DNA of 64,000 nt from Candidatus Heimdallarchaeota archaeon (GCA_030603365.1 JAUVXV010000001.1:192001-256000); one strand, 5' to 3'; shown: positions 20,478 through 30,486, counted from the first letter of the stretch. The notes: a model not told the origin generated them from the sequence alone. Numbers and translations are program-made.

Positions 20478-21514
20478 AATAACCCCTCCAAAGTTATTCT
20501 TATCAAAACCGCTGTTATTATAGCAAAAATTCCACTGACAAAAGTAAGAATATTGAATGTTTTAACTACTTCTTTTTCATGTAGAGGACCCTTTTGTAGA
20601 ACTAACCCCACAAGTGTGACTGGTGCTTTTAGATTTCCAGTAGATTCAATCTTCCAATCATCGGTCATCTTCGTCGGTCTTGCCATCTCTCTCCTTTCAA
20701 ATAATCCCCTAACACTACTAATTATTCCAAACGCATTCATAATGAAGGGTATCATTGCTATAATTACCACTACTTCTAGTTGCCCCATGACCGCTATCGC
20801 TCCTAATGCTGCTCCTACTGTTAAACTACCAGTATCTCCACCAAATGTTTTCGCTGGATAGCGATTGAAAAACCAGTACGCAATTAGAGCTCCCATCATA
20901 ATCAGAACAAAAACATTAGTTAAATCTAACTGGTCTACTCCATTTTGAAAAATAATCATATTTGCAAAAAATATCATTATAAGAATAAGCATTACAGTTG
21001 TAGCCATCGATCCATTGAAAACATCAAGCATGTTGACAGAATTAGCTGGTACAGAAACGATAAATGGAAGTAAAATAAGATAAACTATGTTTAATCTTGT
21101 ATTACCTACAAAAGGTAGCATGGGTTCTGGTTTATATCTCTTAGATGCAATAATTGGGATGGAAGCAAATAGAAGAAGAAAAGGTTTTAACAATGCACTT
21201 AGGTTAAAAATATCGTCGATTATTCCAATAATACCTGCTACAGTTACTGTAATACAGAATATACCAATGGATAATCGGTTATATGAATCATCAATTAAAA
21301 TAATGATTAGAATTGATGAAATGATTATGGCAATTAATAATATTACTCCTCCCATTTCAGCAACTTTTGGTTTCTCTTTTTTATGCACATCGACACCAAA
21401 TATGCCTTTCTTTAGCATTATACGAATGTGAAAAGGTAATCCTATGAATGTAATAATTAAGGGTGTAAAAAAAGCCAATATGTAAATAACTATAGGTGCA
21501 ATATCAAGAGCCAT
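20474..21514 (-). CDS. UDP-GlcNAc--dolichyl-phosphate GlcNAc-1-P transferase (GPT/AglH-like, MraY family)
   Basis: GVDVHK, AEMGG, GIIDD, NSVNMLDVFNG, FNRYPAKTFGGDTG. Confidence 0.9.
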   Translation of the reverse strand: MALDIAPIVIYILAFFTPLIITFIGLPFHIRIMLKKGIFGVDVHKKEKPKVAEMGGVILLIAIIISSILIIILIDDSYNRLSIGIFCITVTVAGIIGIIDDIFNLSALLKPFLLLFASIPIIASKRYKPEPMLPFVGNTRLNIVYLILLPFIVSVPANSVNMLDVFNGSMATTVMLILIMIFFANMIIFQNGVDQLDLTNVFVLIMMGALIAYWFFNRYPAKTFGGDTGSLTVGAALGAIAVMGQLEVVVIIAMIPFIMNAFGIISSVRGLFERREMARPTKMTDDWKIESTGNLKAPVTLVGLVLQKGPLHEKEVVKTFNILTFVSGIFAIITAVLIRITLEGLL

Positions 21515-21557
21515 TAAACAAATGTTTGTAAGCTCTTTATGAAATTTACCTTTAATA

Positions 21558-22394
21558 CTACAAATCTTCTAGTTTCTTCAAAGCCTTAAGTAATTCTGCT
21601 TTATCACCACTTACAGCCTCACCAAACAATTCAGCAGACTTTTTCTCTTCAGGAGCAGAAGCTTCATCTGGTTCAGTTTTTGCAACAGGAGGTTGGAAAA
21701 CTTCAGTTGATGAAACAGGTTCATCTTGCTTTGGTGGAGCTGGAATAGCACCTGAAACCTCTTTTGATATGGGACTTACATCTCTCTCTCCAGTTTCAGT
21801 AACTTGTGTTGCAGGTTTAGGTATAGCTGCTGGTGCAGGTATTTCTGCAGGAGCTTTAGAAATAGGTTCCACTTCAGGTTCTGTTGCTCTGGTTGCAGGA
21901 GGTGGTGTTGGAGTAGGTATTGAAGGAGCTTCAACTGTAGGTAGTACAGGCTCTGTTACTGGTTCTGGTTTAGGTTCAGGAGTTACAATCTCTGGTGTTG
22001 GTGGTGGTGCAATTGGAGCTTCAGGCATTTCCACGATTTCTGGTTGTGTTTCTTTAACAGCTACATCTTTGAATGCTTGAACATCTGTGGGTTCAACTAC
22101 AGACTCTTGGTGAACACTTCTTGCAGCTTCAATTAAGAGAATTCTTTCATTTAGACTATCTAATCTTTTTTCTAATTTTGTTACCTGCTCAAAAGAATCA
22201 GATGTAGATATTTGAGTTCCAGGTTGAATAGCACCTGTTGCCCCATCTTCTAAATGTTGAATTCTTGCTTTTAGTGATACAACTACTTCATCATAATCTT
22301 TGAATCTTTCTTGCACAGCTGCGACTATGCTTTCAACCATATTTTTAATCATGTTGACAGAATTCACTAGAGATTTTACTTCATCCTTTGTCAT
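21558..22394 (-). CDS. Coiled-coil + Pro/Glu/Thr-rich disordered protein with terminal amphipathic helix
   Basis: Heptad N-terminus, long Pro-rich tract, ends GDKAELLKALKKLEDL. Confidence 0.75.
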   Translation of the reverse strand: MTKDEVKSLVNSVNMIKNMVESIVAAVQERFKDYDEVVVSLKARIQHLEDGATGAIQPGTQISTSDSFEQVTKLEKRLDSLNERILLIEAARSVHQESVVEPTDVQAFKDVAVKETQPEIVEMPEAPIAPPPTPEIVTPEPKPEPVTEPVLPTVEAPSIPTPTPPPATRATEPEVEPISKAPAEIPAPAAIPKPATQVTETGERDVSPISKEVSGAIPAPPKQDEPVSSTEVFQPPVAKTEPDEASAPEEKKSAELFGEAVSGDKAELLKALKKLEDL

Positions 22395-22482
22395 CTAAAT
22401 CTAATTGTAATTATATTATTTATACATATAAAATCATTGCTAAAGGCTAGGATTTCGCAATAGCGATTTTATTAAACTGAAC

Positions 22483-24477
22483 TCAATATTCAATTAACTG
22501 AAGACTTTCTAACATTTCAATGAAACTTAGAAGACTCATTGGTGGTAATAATTTCCAATCAATCAATCCCAAATTCAGTAGGATCTCATTTATGTTTCTT
22601 TCATTGTCAATGAGGTTTATTATTTCGAAAGTTAGACCACCGTAATTCTTCATTAAGATTTTTGCTAGCTGTTTGATTTCAGAAATTTTCTCTTCTGTAA
22701 ATTTCGCTGATTCTTTCAAAGATTCTGGGGCATTTAACGCTTGATAAATGATTTTACTATTTAAAGGTCCATCCCATTTCCTAACTGGAACTTTATGTAG
22801 AAGTTCGGAAACTTCTTCATCAATCTCCATTTCGTTAATGGTTTCAACAAAGTTCTGTATTGATTGTTTGAAGTTCTCTAAATCGTTGTTAACAAACTCA
22901 ACTAGTTCAGTATCCAAGTTACTGAATGTTTTTGCAATATTTCTAAATACCTTTTTTTCATAATTTTCGAATGTATTGATTATTTGATTCAATAAGAAAG
23001 AATTCAGCTTTTTATCACTTTCACTTTCTATTTCTTTTAGATGATTTAGTTCAGAAGTAAGCATTTCTAGAAAGAGGCCTTTTCTTTTTTGTAATCCTTT
23101 TATACAAATTCTTTGAACTTCTTTAGAATATTCTGCAGTGAATGAACTTGCTAATACTGTAGCTACTGCTGTACACCCTACCCTTTTCAGAGTTGTGGGG
23201 TCAACTTTTTCTATGGTATCTAGGTTTGTGTGATGGAAAGTATCTGGGTGTCCAAACATTACAGATGGGATTCTTGTTGGTTCATCATTGAATAATAAAT
23301 GATCTGATCCTCCTGCAAATTGTTTGATTCGGAAATTCCAAGGGAATTGCCATCCTCCTTGTTCGATTACAGCATTATTGTCTTTTACTTTATCAATTAT
23401 TTCTGAGATTAAGTCATTAAGGAATGTAGGTGTTGAAATGCTAGCCTTATTCAGTGTAAAAGGATAACCTACTAGTGATGGATGTTCCCCCACCATATCA
23501 AGATTGAGACATAAAATGGGTGTAAATGAGTTTGATTTGACATTTTCTTCTATCCATGGTAATGTACCACTAAACTCAGGAACCCACAAGAATCTTATAG
23601 TTCTTTCTGGTTGTTCGACTATTTTTTTATCTATTAAAGCCTTAATAGTTCTATAAATTTCCAAGAGTAATGCACTTCCAGATGCATTGTCGTTGGCTGA
23701 AGGTGCAGGATGACATATATGAGCAATAACGATTATCTCTTCTTCTGGTTTTTTACATCCTTCAATCTTAGTAGACAGAACATGCATTTTCCCTTTATAG
23801 AGATTAGCTGCTATTTCTGCTTTTACAATTACCTTTCTGCCTGTTTCAATATGATTTATGATTTCTAATGCTTGTTTCCTAGATAAGGAAAAACCAAAGG
23901 TTGACTTGTCAACATTATCTGCATTAGGCCACAATCCCACATACTGAATCATTTCTAAATACCCTTTAGCTCTCTGTTCTGAAGGATATGCTATAATCCC
24001 AATAGCTCCATTTTCGTGTAATCTTTCAATCATTGTTCTTGGACTAGCTGAAGATAAAACAATTTTTCCCTTTACATCGGTTTTTTCAAAATCTTCTCTT
24101 TTTCCTTCATTAATATGTACTACTTCAGCGGTAACCTCTGTAGATTTTGAATGAGTACAGATGCTTTCAGGTACTTCTGTAAACCGACACAAGTTTTTGA
24201 TTTCTGGTTCAACCATCTTCAAAGAGCCACTTTCTATATCCCATGAAATAGGTGAATTCCAACTATAGTATCTTTTGGTACCATCTGCTATATACTCGTG
24301 GATTTGGTATTTATCATCTCCAATGATTTTTAGTTCATCTTTAAGCAGCTCAACCACGGTAAGAAATTCTTTACTTGCTTGGATCCGATGATATTGAGAT
24401 AACCTTCCTGTTAATTTTTTAGTTCTCTCACCAGAAAGTTCTCTAGCTAAAATATCAACTAATTCTTGTAAGTGCAT
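22483..24477 (-). CDS. M28-family aminopeptidase-like protein with PA domain (DUF4910-like)
   Basis: HRIQAS, AHICHP, ANDNASG, WVPE, NLDMVG, GGSDH, HHT-LD. Confidence 0.85.
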   Translation of the reverse strand: MHLQELVDILARELSGERTKKLTGRLSQYHRIQASKEFLTVVELLKDELKIIGDDKYQIHEYIADGTKRYYSWNSPISWDIESGSLKMVEPEIKNLCRFTEVPESICTHSKSTEVTAEVVHINEGKREDFEKTDVKGKIVLSSASPRTMIERLHENGAIGIIAYPSEQRAKGYLEMIQYVGLWPNADNVDKSTFGFSLSRKQALEIINHIETGRKVIVKAEIAANLYKGKMHVLSTKIEGCKKPEEEIIVIAHICHPAPSANDNASGSALLLEIYRTIKALIDKKIVEQPERTIRFLWVPEFSGTLPWIEENVKSNSFTPILCLNLDMVGEHPSLVGYPFTLNKASISTPTFLNDLISEIIDKVKDNNAVIEQGGWQFPWNFRIKQFAGGSDHLLFNDEPTRIPSVMFGHPDTFHHTNLDTIEKVDPTTLKRVGCTAVATVLASSFTAEYSKEVQRICIKGLQKRKGLFLEMLTSELNHLKEIESESDKKLNSFLLNQIINTFENYEKKVFRNIAKTFSNLDTELVEFVNNDLENFKQSIQNFVETINEMEIDEEVSELLHKVPVRKWDGPLNSKIIYQALNAPESLKESAKFTEEKISEIKQLAKILMKNYGGLTFEIINLIDNERNINEILLNLGLIDWKLLPPMSLLSFIEMLESLQLIEY

Positions 24478-24529
24478 AATGTTAAATCTATATGTCTCGT
24501 TAAATCTTTTTTGGAAAAAATCTCTATTC

Positions 24530-25378
24530 TCATTTCTGACATCTATTGCAGTAAAACGTACTTCTCTTATCTTGTATAATACGAAAGATTTCTAAACCAC
24601 ATTTCTCACATTTTTTTCCTGCCTTACCATACACTTTGTGCCATTTTTGAGCTGAACCTTCTTCACCATAAGGGTTTCTATAAGTCCGGATTGAGCTCCC
24701 CATGCTCTTTACAGCTTTTTGTAGAGTTTCCGAAATAGCAGATCCCAGTTTCTTTATTTCCTGAGATTTAAGATTTTTAACAATTTTTAGGGGACTAATT
24801 TTAGCAAGAAAAAGTGATTCTGATTTGTAAATATTCCCTATTCCAGCAACCAATGTTTGATCCAAGAGGACCCTACCAATTTCCTTATTGGAATATTTTT
24901 TCTGTTTTAATTTCTCTTCAAAGTTTTCTAATGGAAATGGTAACATTAGACCATCCAAACCTAATTTTTTAATGGGATAATATTTCATGACTGATTCATA
25001 GTTTTCGAATTTTCTGAACTGTCCAAAATTCCTAGTATCATCGAATATCGTAATCTTATGTGATTCATCAAAATTAACTATGATTTTCGGATGCTTTGTT
25101 TTATCTTTGTAGTCGTTTTTATTTGATATTATCCATTTACCAGACATTCCTAAGTGATTTAGAATAACACTTTGGATGTTGAAAATCCAAATGAGAAATT
25201 TACCATGTCTTTCTATTTTATTCAAAATGCTTCCAGAAAATTCAGTAAATATATCCTGTTTTCCTTTGTATTTGTTATATTTTTGTGAAAGTTCTGTTAT
25301 TTTTATTGATTTGATTTTTTTTCCTTCAAACTCTTTCAAGGTTATTAGAGTATATTCTACCTCAGGACCTTCTGGCAT
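24530..25378 (-). CDS. mutM: Fpg/Nei family DNA glycosylase/AP lyase
   Basis: MPEGPEV, RHGKFL, HLGMSG, FDDTRNFG, H2TH LLDQTLVAGIGNIY, C4 zinc finger. Confidence 0.9.
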   Translation of the reverse strand: MPEGPEVEYTLITLKEFEGKKIKSIKITELSQKYNKYKGKQDIFTEFSGSILNKIERHGKFLIWIFNIQSVILNHLGMSGKWIISNKNDYKDKTKHPKIIVNFDESHKITIFDDTRNFGQFRKFENYESVMKYYPIKKLGLDGLMLPFPLENFEEKLKQKKYSNKEIGRVLLDQTLVAGIGNIYKSESLFLAKISPLKIVKNLKSQEIKKLGSAISETLQKAVKSMGSSIRTYRNPYGEEGSAQKWHKVYGKAGKKCEKCGLEIFRIIQDKRSTFYCNRCQK

Positions 25379-25902
25379 TATTGTAACATCTCCATGATTT
25401 TCTTTTCAAGAACAAGTCTGTTTTCCCTAGTTAGATGAAACAAAACTGTATCTGATCTTTCTTTAATTCTTTTTGTATATTGGTTATCGTTTAACATTAT
25501 TGACCCTAGAACCTCTTTGGTATCTAAACAATTTTCTAAAAATCTCTTAAAAGGACCGGAAAAAAGTTCCATTCTTCCTATTTCATCAATAATTACAATG
25601 TCATAATCAGAATTTTGCATTTCTAATTCTAATTGATTTATTATTTTATCTATATTTTCAACATAAACCCCATAACTAGAAACTCTGTATTTGCTTGAAT
25701 GATTTAGTTTCGATGCTAAAGGATATTCTAAACCTGACAAAGTCATTATGTTAAAACCAATCCTTTTCCCTTTTTCTCTGATTTCATTAGTTATTAAACC
25801 AACTGCTGATTTATTGAGATTAACAATTAGATTATTAATTAGCGTGGTTTTTCCGACTCTGGGAAATCCAGTTATCAGGATTTTTTGCATTTTATTTACC
25901 AT
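25378..25902 (-). CDS. Nucleoside-triphosphatase (NTPase_1/THEP1 family)
   Basis: ITGFPRVGKTT, EIREKGKRIGF, IIDEIGRMELFS. Confidence 0.92.
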   Translation of the reverse strand: MVNKMQKILITGFPRVGKTTLINNLIVNLNKSAVGLITNEIREKGKRIGFNIMTLSGLEYPLASKLNHSSKYRVSSYGVYVENIDKIINQLELEMQNSDYDIVIIDEIGRMELFSGPFKRFLENCLDTKEVLGSIMLNDNQYTKRIKERSDTVLFHLTRENRLVLEKKIMEMLQ

Positions 25903-26019
25903 TTTTAGTTATTTGAACTACTATTATTATTGTTCTCTATCTTGAAAAATCTTATAAATCTGGCTTTTAATGTTCTCAAAAATTAGCGATGTTACTTTGA
26001 TACTCGAGTGTGAGAAAAT

Positions 26020-26763
26020 ATGAGCCAAGATTTTAGAGGCGTTACAATTGATAGACGAATAGACCTTCGAGGAAAGTCTATCGTTCGTTATGAGAAACAT
26101 GGGAGGAGATATGAATTACTAGTTAATCCTAATCCTGCGTGGTTATTTCTACAAGGTGAAGAAGTAGAAATTGATGATATTTTTGAATCATTTGTTGTAT
26201 ATGAAAATTTATCGCGCGGAGCAAAAGCAACTAACGATGATTTGGAAGTTTCTTTTGAGGGTTTAACAGAAAGAGAAATTGCAATTATGATTCTAAAAGA
26301 AGGTAAACTTCAATTAACAGCAGACCAACGAAACGAAATATTGAAGGAAAAAAGAATCGAAATAGTTGACTTTATTCACATTCATTGTATAAATCCACGA
26401 GAAAACGTACCTATACCTAAAGATAGAATTGAAAAGGCTATACTTGAATTAGGTGTAAATATAGATTTTAAGGAAGAGGCAAAAAATCAAGCTTTGGAGA
26501 TTATTAATTTACTCAAACCTGTTATGCCAATTCGTCTTGAATCTGTAAAATTAGCTTTAAAAATTCCCCCAAGTTATACAGGGTCTTTATATGGCACTAT
26601 CCGTTCATCTGGTGAACTATTACAAGAAGAATGGTTACCGGATGGGAGTTTAGTTGTTTTGGTTCAAATTCCATCTGGTACACAAGCTGATTTCTTAGAA
26701 GAAGTAACCTCGCGAACTAAAGGTAAAGCGCAAGTCAAAGTAGTAGAAAGACTTGCGGAATAA
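26020..26763 (+). CDS. Ribosome maturation factor SBDS/Sdo1
   Basis: GRRYELLV, GKLQLTADQR, INPR...RIEKA, EEW-PDGS. Confidence 0.95.
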   Translation: MSQDFRGVTIDRRIDLRGKSIVRYEKHGRRYELLVNPNPAWLFLQGEEVEIDDIFESFVVYENLSRGAKATNDDLEVSFEGLTEREIAIMILKEGKLQLTADQRNEILKEKRIEIVDFIHIHCINPRENVPIPKDRIEKAILELGVNIDFKEEAKNQALEIINLLKPVMPIRLESVKLALKIPPSYTGSLYGTIRSSGELLQEEWLPDGSLVVLVQIPSGTQADFLEEVTSRTKGKAQVKVVERLAE

Positions 26764-26784
26764 GAAATACATGCTGTGATGTAA

Positions 26785-27486
26785 ATGTCTGAAATAAAAG
26801 TAAAGAATCATGAGATAGTTATACCAGGTGACTTACTAGGTGAAGGTACCATTAAGTATGGAGAAGGAGTAATTAGAAGGGGCAATTCATATTTCTCTTC
26901 TATAGTAGGATTGTTCCAAGATAAAGGGGATTTTATACAAGTAAAAGCCCTAAAAGGAAAATACCTTCCACGACCTGGAGATTTAGTTATAGGTAAAGTT
27001 GTAGAGGTTGGATTGACAAATTGGATCGTTGATGTTGGTTCTCCATATTCAGCAGTTTTAAGTGCCAACAATGCAACAGAAAAAAGATTTGATCCAGTAA
27101 AGGATGATACAAGAAGAATATTCAATATAGGGGATATGATTCTAACAAAGATTATGAGTTTTGACCGAACAAGAGATCCACAAATTCTCACAAATGAAAG
27201 GGGTCTCGGTAAACTAAGAGGTGGTCGTGTAATAGAGATAGAAGCCGCTCATATACCTCGAGTAATAGGAAAGAAAGGTACAATGATAAACATGGTAAAA
27301 AGACTTACACGAACTCAAATTATTACCGGTCAAAATGGACGAATCTGGGTTCAAGGAAAGAACGTAGATGATGAATTGAAGGCGATTGGATCTATTAAAA
27401 AAATAGAAAAGGAGGCACATACTCAAGGGTTAACAGATAGAATCCGAGAAATGCTTTCGATCAATCAAACAGAAGAAGAGGTGTAA
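26785..27486 (+). CDS. rrp4: Exosome RNA-binding subunit Rrp4
   Basis: VIPGD, YLPRPGDLVIG, PRVIGKKG, GQNGRIW, AHTQGLTDRI. Confidence 0.96.
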   Translation: MSEIKVKNHEIVIPGDLLGEGTIKYGEGVIRRGNSYFSSIVGLFQDKGDFIQVKALKGKYLPRPGDLVIGKVVEVGLTNWIVDVGSPYSAVLSANNATEKRFDPVKDDTRRIFNIGDMILTKIMSFDRTRDPQILTNERGLGKLRGGRVIEIEAAHIPRVIGKKGTMINMVKRLTRTQIITGQNGRIWVQGKNVDDELKAIGSIKKIEKEAHTQGLTDRIREMLSINQTEEEV

Positions 27487-27490
27487 TATT

Positions 27491-28423
27491 ATGGCAGGAG
27501 ATGGTACTGTCAAGCTTATTGATGAAAAAGGAAAAAGACTCGATGGACGAACCGTAAATGATTTGCGTCCCACAGAGATAAAAATAGGTGTTGTAAAAAA
27601 TGCAGATGGTTCAGCAGAAATTCGAATGGGTAAAAACATTATAATTGCTGCAGTTTATGGACCTAGGGAATTACATCCTAAGCATAGAGCTCTACCTCAT
27701 AGAGCATTGATTCAATGTTTTTACAGAATGTCAACTTTTTCTGTAAATGATAGAAAAAGTCCCGCTCCCTCAAGGAGAGAAAAAGAAATTTCTATGATTC
27801 TAGCTAATGCACTAACATCAGTGGTATTAACTGAGAAATATCCAAGAACAACAGTGGATGTATATCTTCAAGTGCTTCAAGCTGATGGAGGCACACGTTG
27901 TGCAAGTTTAACAGCAGCATCTGTTGCTCTTGCGGATGCAGGAGTACCAATGAGAGGAATAATCTCATCTGTTGCATCTGGTCTAATAAATGATAAAGTA
28001 GCACAAGATTTGGATGATATAGAAGATCAAAAAGGTTCAGGGGATATGCCTTTAGGGTATTGTCCTACATTAAATGAAGTCTCTTTATTTCAGCTAGACG
28101 GTGTATTCACATTAGAGCAATTTGATGAGTGTTTAGATCTGTCTATTGAAGGTGCAAAGAAACTCCATACTATGCAAACAGATGCATTGAAACAGAAATA
28201 TACAGATATTCGTGCTGAAGTATCGGATGACGATGAACTTGCAAAAGAAAAAGTTAAACCAGTAGTCAAAGACGAGACTAAACCAGTAGCCAAAGACGAG
28301 ACTAAACCAGTAGCCAAAGACGAGACTAAACCAGTAGCCAAAGACGAGACTAAACCAGTAGCCAAAGACGAGACTAAACCAGTAGCCAAAGACGAGACTA
28401 AAGAAAAATCAGGAGATGAATAA
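27491..28423 (+). CDS. rrp41: Exosome catalytic subunit Rrp41 with repeat-expanded C-terminal tail
   Basis: RLDGR...LRP, AVYGPRE, QADGGTR, DMP motifs. Confidence 0.97.
   Translation: MAGDGTVKLIDEKGKRLDGRTVNDLRPTEIKIGVVKNADGSAEIRMGKNIIIAAVYGPRELHPKHRALPHRALIQCFYRMSTFSVNDRKSPAPSRREKEISMILANALTSVVLTEKYPRTTVDVYLQVLQADGGTRCASLTAASVALADAGVPMRGIISSVASGLINDKVAQDLDDIEDQKGSGDMPLGYCPTLNEVSLFQLDGVFTLEQFDECLDLSIEGAKKLHTMQTDALKQKYTDIRAEVSDDDELAKEKVKPVVKDETKPVAKDETKPVAKDETKPVAKDETKPVAKDETKPVAKDETKEKSGDE
28255..28402 (+). repeat. 24-bp tandem repeat x6 (TAAACCAGTAGCCAAAGACGAGAC) encoding KPVAKDET
   Basis: Five identical units plus one with a single C>T, read directly. Confidence 0.97.
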
Positions 28424-29243
28424 AATGGGTGACAAATATATTATTAGTGAAATTGAAAAGAACCACATCCAGTTTTTATTAGAACAAAAGAAACGAATTG
28501 ATGGCAGAGATCTATCAAAATTCAGAGAGGTCTCTATAGAAACTGATTATGTTCAAAAGGCAGAAGGTTCTGCTGTTGTATCATTAGGTGATACAAAAAT
28601 AATAGCAGGGATTAAAGCAATATTAGGTACCCCATTTCCAGATACCCCAAATACTGGTGTTATAACGACCAGTGCTGAATTATCACCACTTGCATCTTCA
28701 TATTTTGAAAGTGGTCCTCCATCCGAACATGCTATCGAATTAGCTCGTGTAACAGATAGAGCAATAAGGGAATCACATGTAATTGATTTATCTAAATTAT
28801 GTCTATTTCCTGGTAAATCAGTCTGGATACTCTTTATTGATCTTTATGTTTTAAATGATGATGGGAATCTATTTGATGCTGCTGTTCTAGCCGCTATGGC
28901 TGCTTTAGCTACAACAAAAATACCTAAAGTTAAAATTATATCTGAAGAAAACGCAGAAATTGAAAAACTAGAAGAAACTGAATCGCTGAAGATAGATCAC
29001 TATGTTGTTTCGGTTACAACTAACAAAATAGGAAATTATAACATCATTGATTCCAACCGTAAAGAGGAAAATGTCAGCGATGCAAGAATTACTTTTGGTT
29101 TTGATGAGGAAGATCATATAGTTTCAATGCAAAAGGGTAAACTAGGTGTCTATTCCCCTGATGTAATAAAGACTCAAGTAAGAGAATGTTTGAATGTATC
29201 GAAAACTTTAAGGAAAGAGCTGATGAAAGCGATTCCGAAGTAA
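28416..29243 (+). CDS. rrp42: Exosome subunit Rrp42
   Basis: RIDGR, AEGSA, PFPDTP, ELARVTDRAIRES, DGNLFDA, MQKG. Confidence 0.96.
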   Translation: MNKMGDKYIISEIEKNHIQFLLEQKKRIDGRDLSKFREVSIETDYVQKAEGSAVVSLGDTKIIAGIKAILGTPFPDTPNTGVITTSAELSPLASSYFESGPPSEHAIELARVTDRAIRESHVIDLSKLCLFPGKSVWILFIDLYVLNDDGNLFDAAVLAAMAALATTKIPKVKIISEENAEIEKLEETESLKIDHYVVSVTTNKIGNYNIIDSNRKEENVSDARITFGFDEEDHIVSMQKGKLGVYSPDVIKTQVRECLNVSKTLRKELMKAIPK

Positions 29244-29258
29244 GAAGAGGTGTAATTA

Positions 29259-29540
29259 ATGCCACGTACAAAGAAAGCAGGAACAACTGGTCGATACGGT
29301 GCCCGATATGGAAGCACAATAAGAAAAAGAGTTAGGCAAATTGAAGAAAAAAGTAAGGCCATCTATAAATGTCCTGTATGTTATATGAAAACTCTGAAAA
29401 GAGTAGGATTAGGGATTTGGGAATGTACCAAGTGCGGGGAAAAACTTGCAGGTGGGGCATGGGAACCAAACACTAGTGCAGGAAGAAGTATCACTAGACG
29501 TGTTACTCGTATCTCTGAAGGGTTAAAAGAGGAATTATAA
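29259..29540 (+). CDS. rpl37ae: 50S ribosomal protein L37Ae (eL43)
   Basis: GRYGARYG, CPVC, GIWEC-KC, AGGAW. Confidence 0.97.
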   Translation: MPRTKKAGTTGRYGARYGSTIRKRVRQIEEKSKAIYKCPVCYMKTLKRVGLGIWECTKCGEKLAGGAWEPNTSAGRSITRRVTRISEGLKEEL

Positions 29541-29610
29541 CCTCTTCTTTTTATATTTTCTATTTTTGTTTTAAATCCTTACATTTTAAAACTCACGAGT
29601 CAGTTTTTGT

Positions 29611-30177
29611 TTGATGAATAAAATAGGTTTCACTACTTCACGTGACCCTTCAAAGAAGACTAGATCATTTATCCATGATATAATCTCTGTAGTTCCCAGA
29701 TCTAAACGAATAGTAAGGGGTTCAATGTCCTTAAAATATGGTTTAACTTCAATGAAGAATCAAGGTATTGAAACTGCAATTATCATCAATTCTGTCAAAG
29801 GAAATCCTAATTTTGTTAGATTGTTTAGTTTATCTAGTGATATTACAGAACTTCCTTATGCAATTAAATTTCGAGGAGTAACACTCTCCCGAGAATATAC
29901 CAAGGAAAAAAAACGACAGAATAATCCTGCGTATTCAATTTTGATATCAACTCTAGATCATCCTAAGGAAGAGGATATTATCAAAAAATTCCTAGGTGTA
30001 TCTAATGATTCCATTGAAAAAATAAAGGATAAAAACTATGTTACAGTCTATGCAGACTATCTCGACAAAGATGAAGGTATAATTTTCATCGAATTTTTAG
30101 ATAAAGAAAATAATCAGGTAGGGCCAAGACTAAAATTAAGAGTAATTGATAGAGAAGTTGGGAATGATTTATTTTAA
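29611..30177 (+). CDS. Brix-domain ribosome biogenesis protein (Imp4-like)
   Basis: TTSRDPSKKTRSF, RG-MSL, GNP, GPRLKL; canonical operon position. Confidence 0.88.
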   Translation: MMNKIGFTTSRDPSKKTRSFIHDIISVVPRSKRIVRGSMSLKYGLTSMKNQGIETAIIINSVKGNPNFVRLFSLSSDITELPYAIKFRGVTLSREYTKEKKRQNNPAYSILISTLDHPKEEDIIKKFLGVSNDSIEKIKDKNYVTVYADYLDKDEGIIFIEFLDKENNQVGPRLKLRVIDREVGNDLF

Positions 30178-30191
30178 TTTGTGTGGTTTAG

Positions 30192-30476
30192 ATGAATAAT
30201 CAAGTGATAGACAATATTAATGTTGAAATGAGATTTATATTCAAGAAAAATGAAACCACTCAACGAATATATGAAACACTTATGCTAGAATCCACTTATG
30301 ACACAAATGAAAGAGCAAAAACCACTATTAGAGTTGAAAACAACACTCTAATTGTAAATATCCTAGCTAAGGATTCTGTTTCTGCAAGAGCAGCATCAAA
30401 TTCTTTCCTAAAATGGATAAACCTATCCAAACAGTTGCTATCTTATGTAAAAGATGTTAACACCTCATCAACCTAA
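30192..30476 (+). CDS. pcc1: KEOPS complex subunit Pcc1
   Basis: I-AKD-VSARAASNSFLKWI motif; follows Brix. Confidence 0.88.
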   Translation: MNNQVIDNINVEMRFIFKKNETTQRIYETLMLESTYDTNERAKTTIRVENNTLIVNILAKDSVSARAASNSFLKWINLSKQLLSYVKDVNTSST

Positions 30477-30486
30477 ATAAGATTCT

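Noticed and set aside
21769-22080. Gly/Ser-rich plus-strand ORF
   Set aside because: Antisense to the Pro-rich coding tract of 21558-22394
28090-28389. Minus-strand ORF with (LATGLVSS)n repeats; the 24-bp array as a possible CRISPR
   Set aside because: Antisense shadow of the Rrp41 repeat; units are contiguous with no spacers and no cas operon
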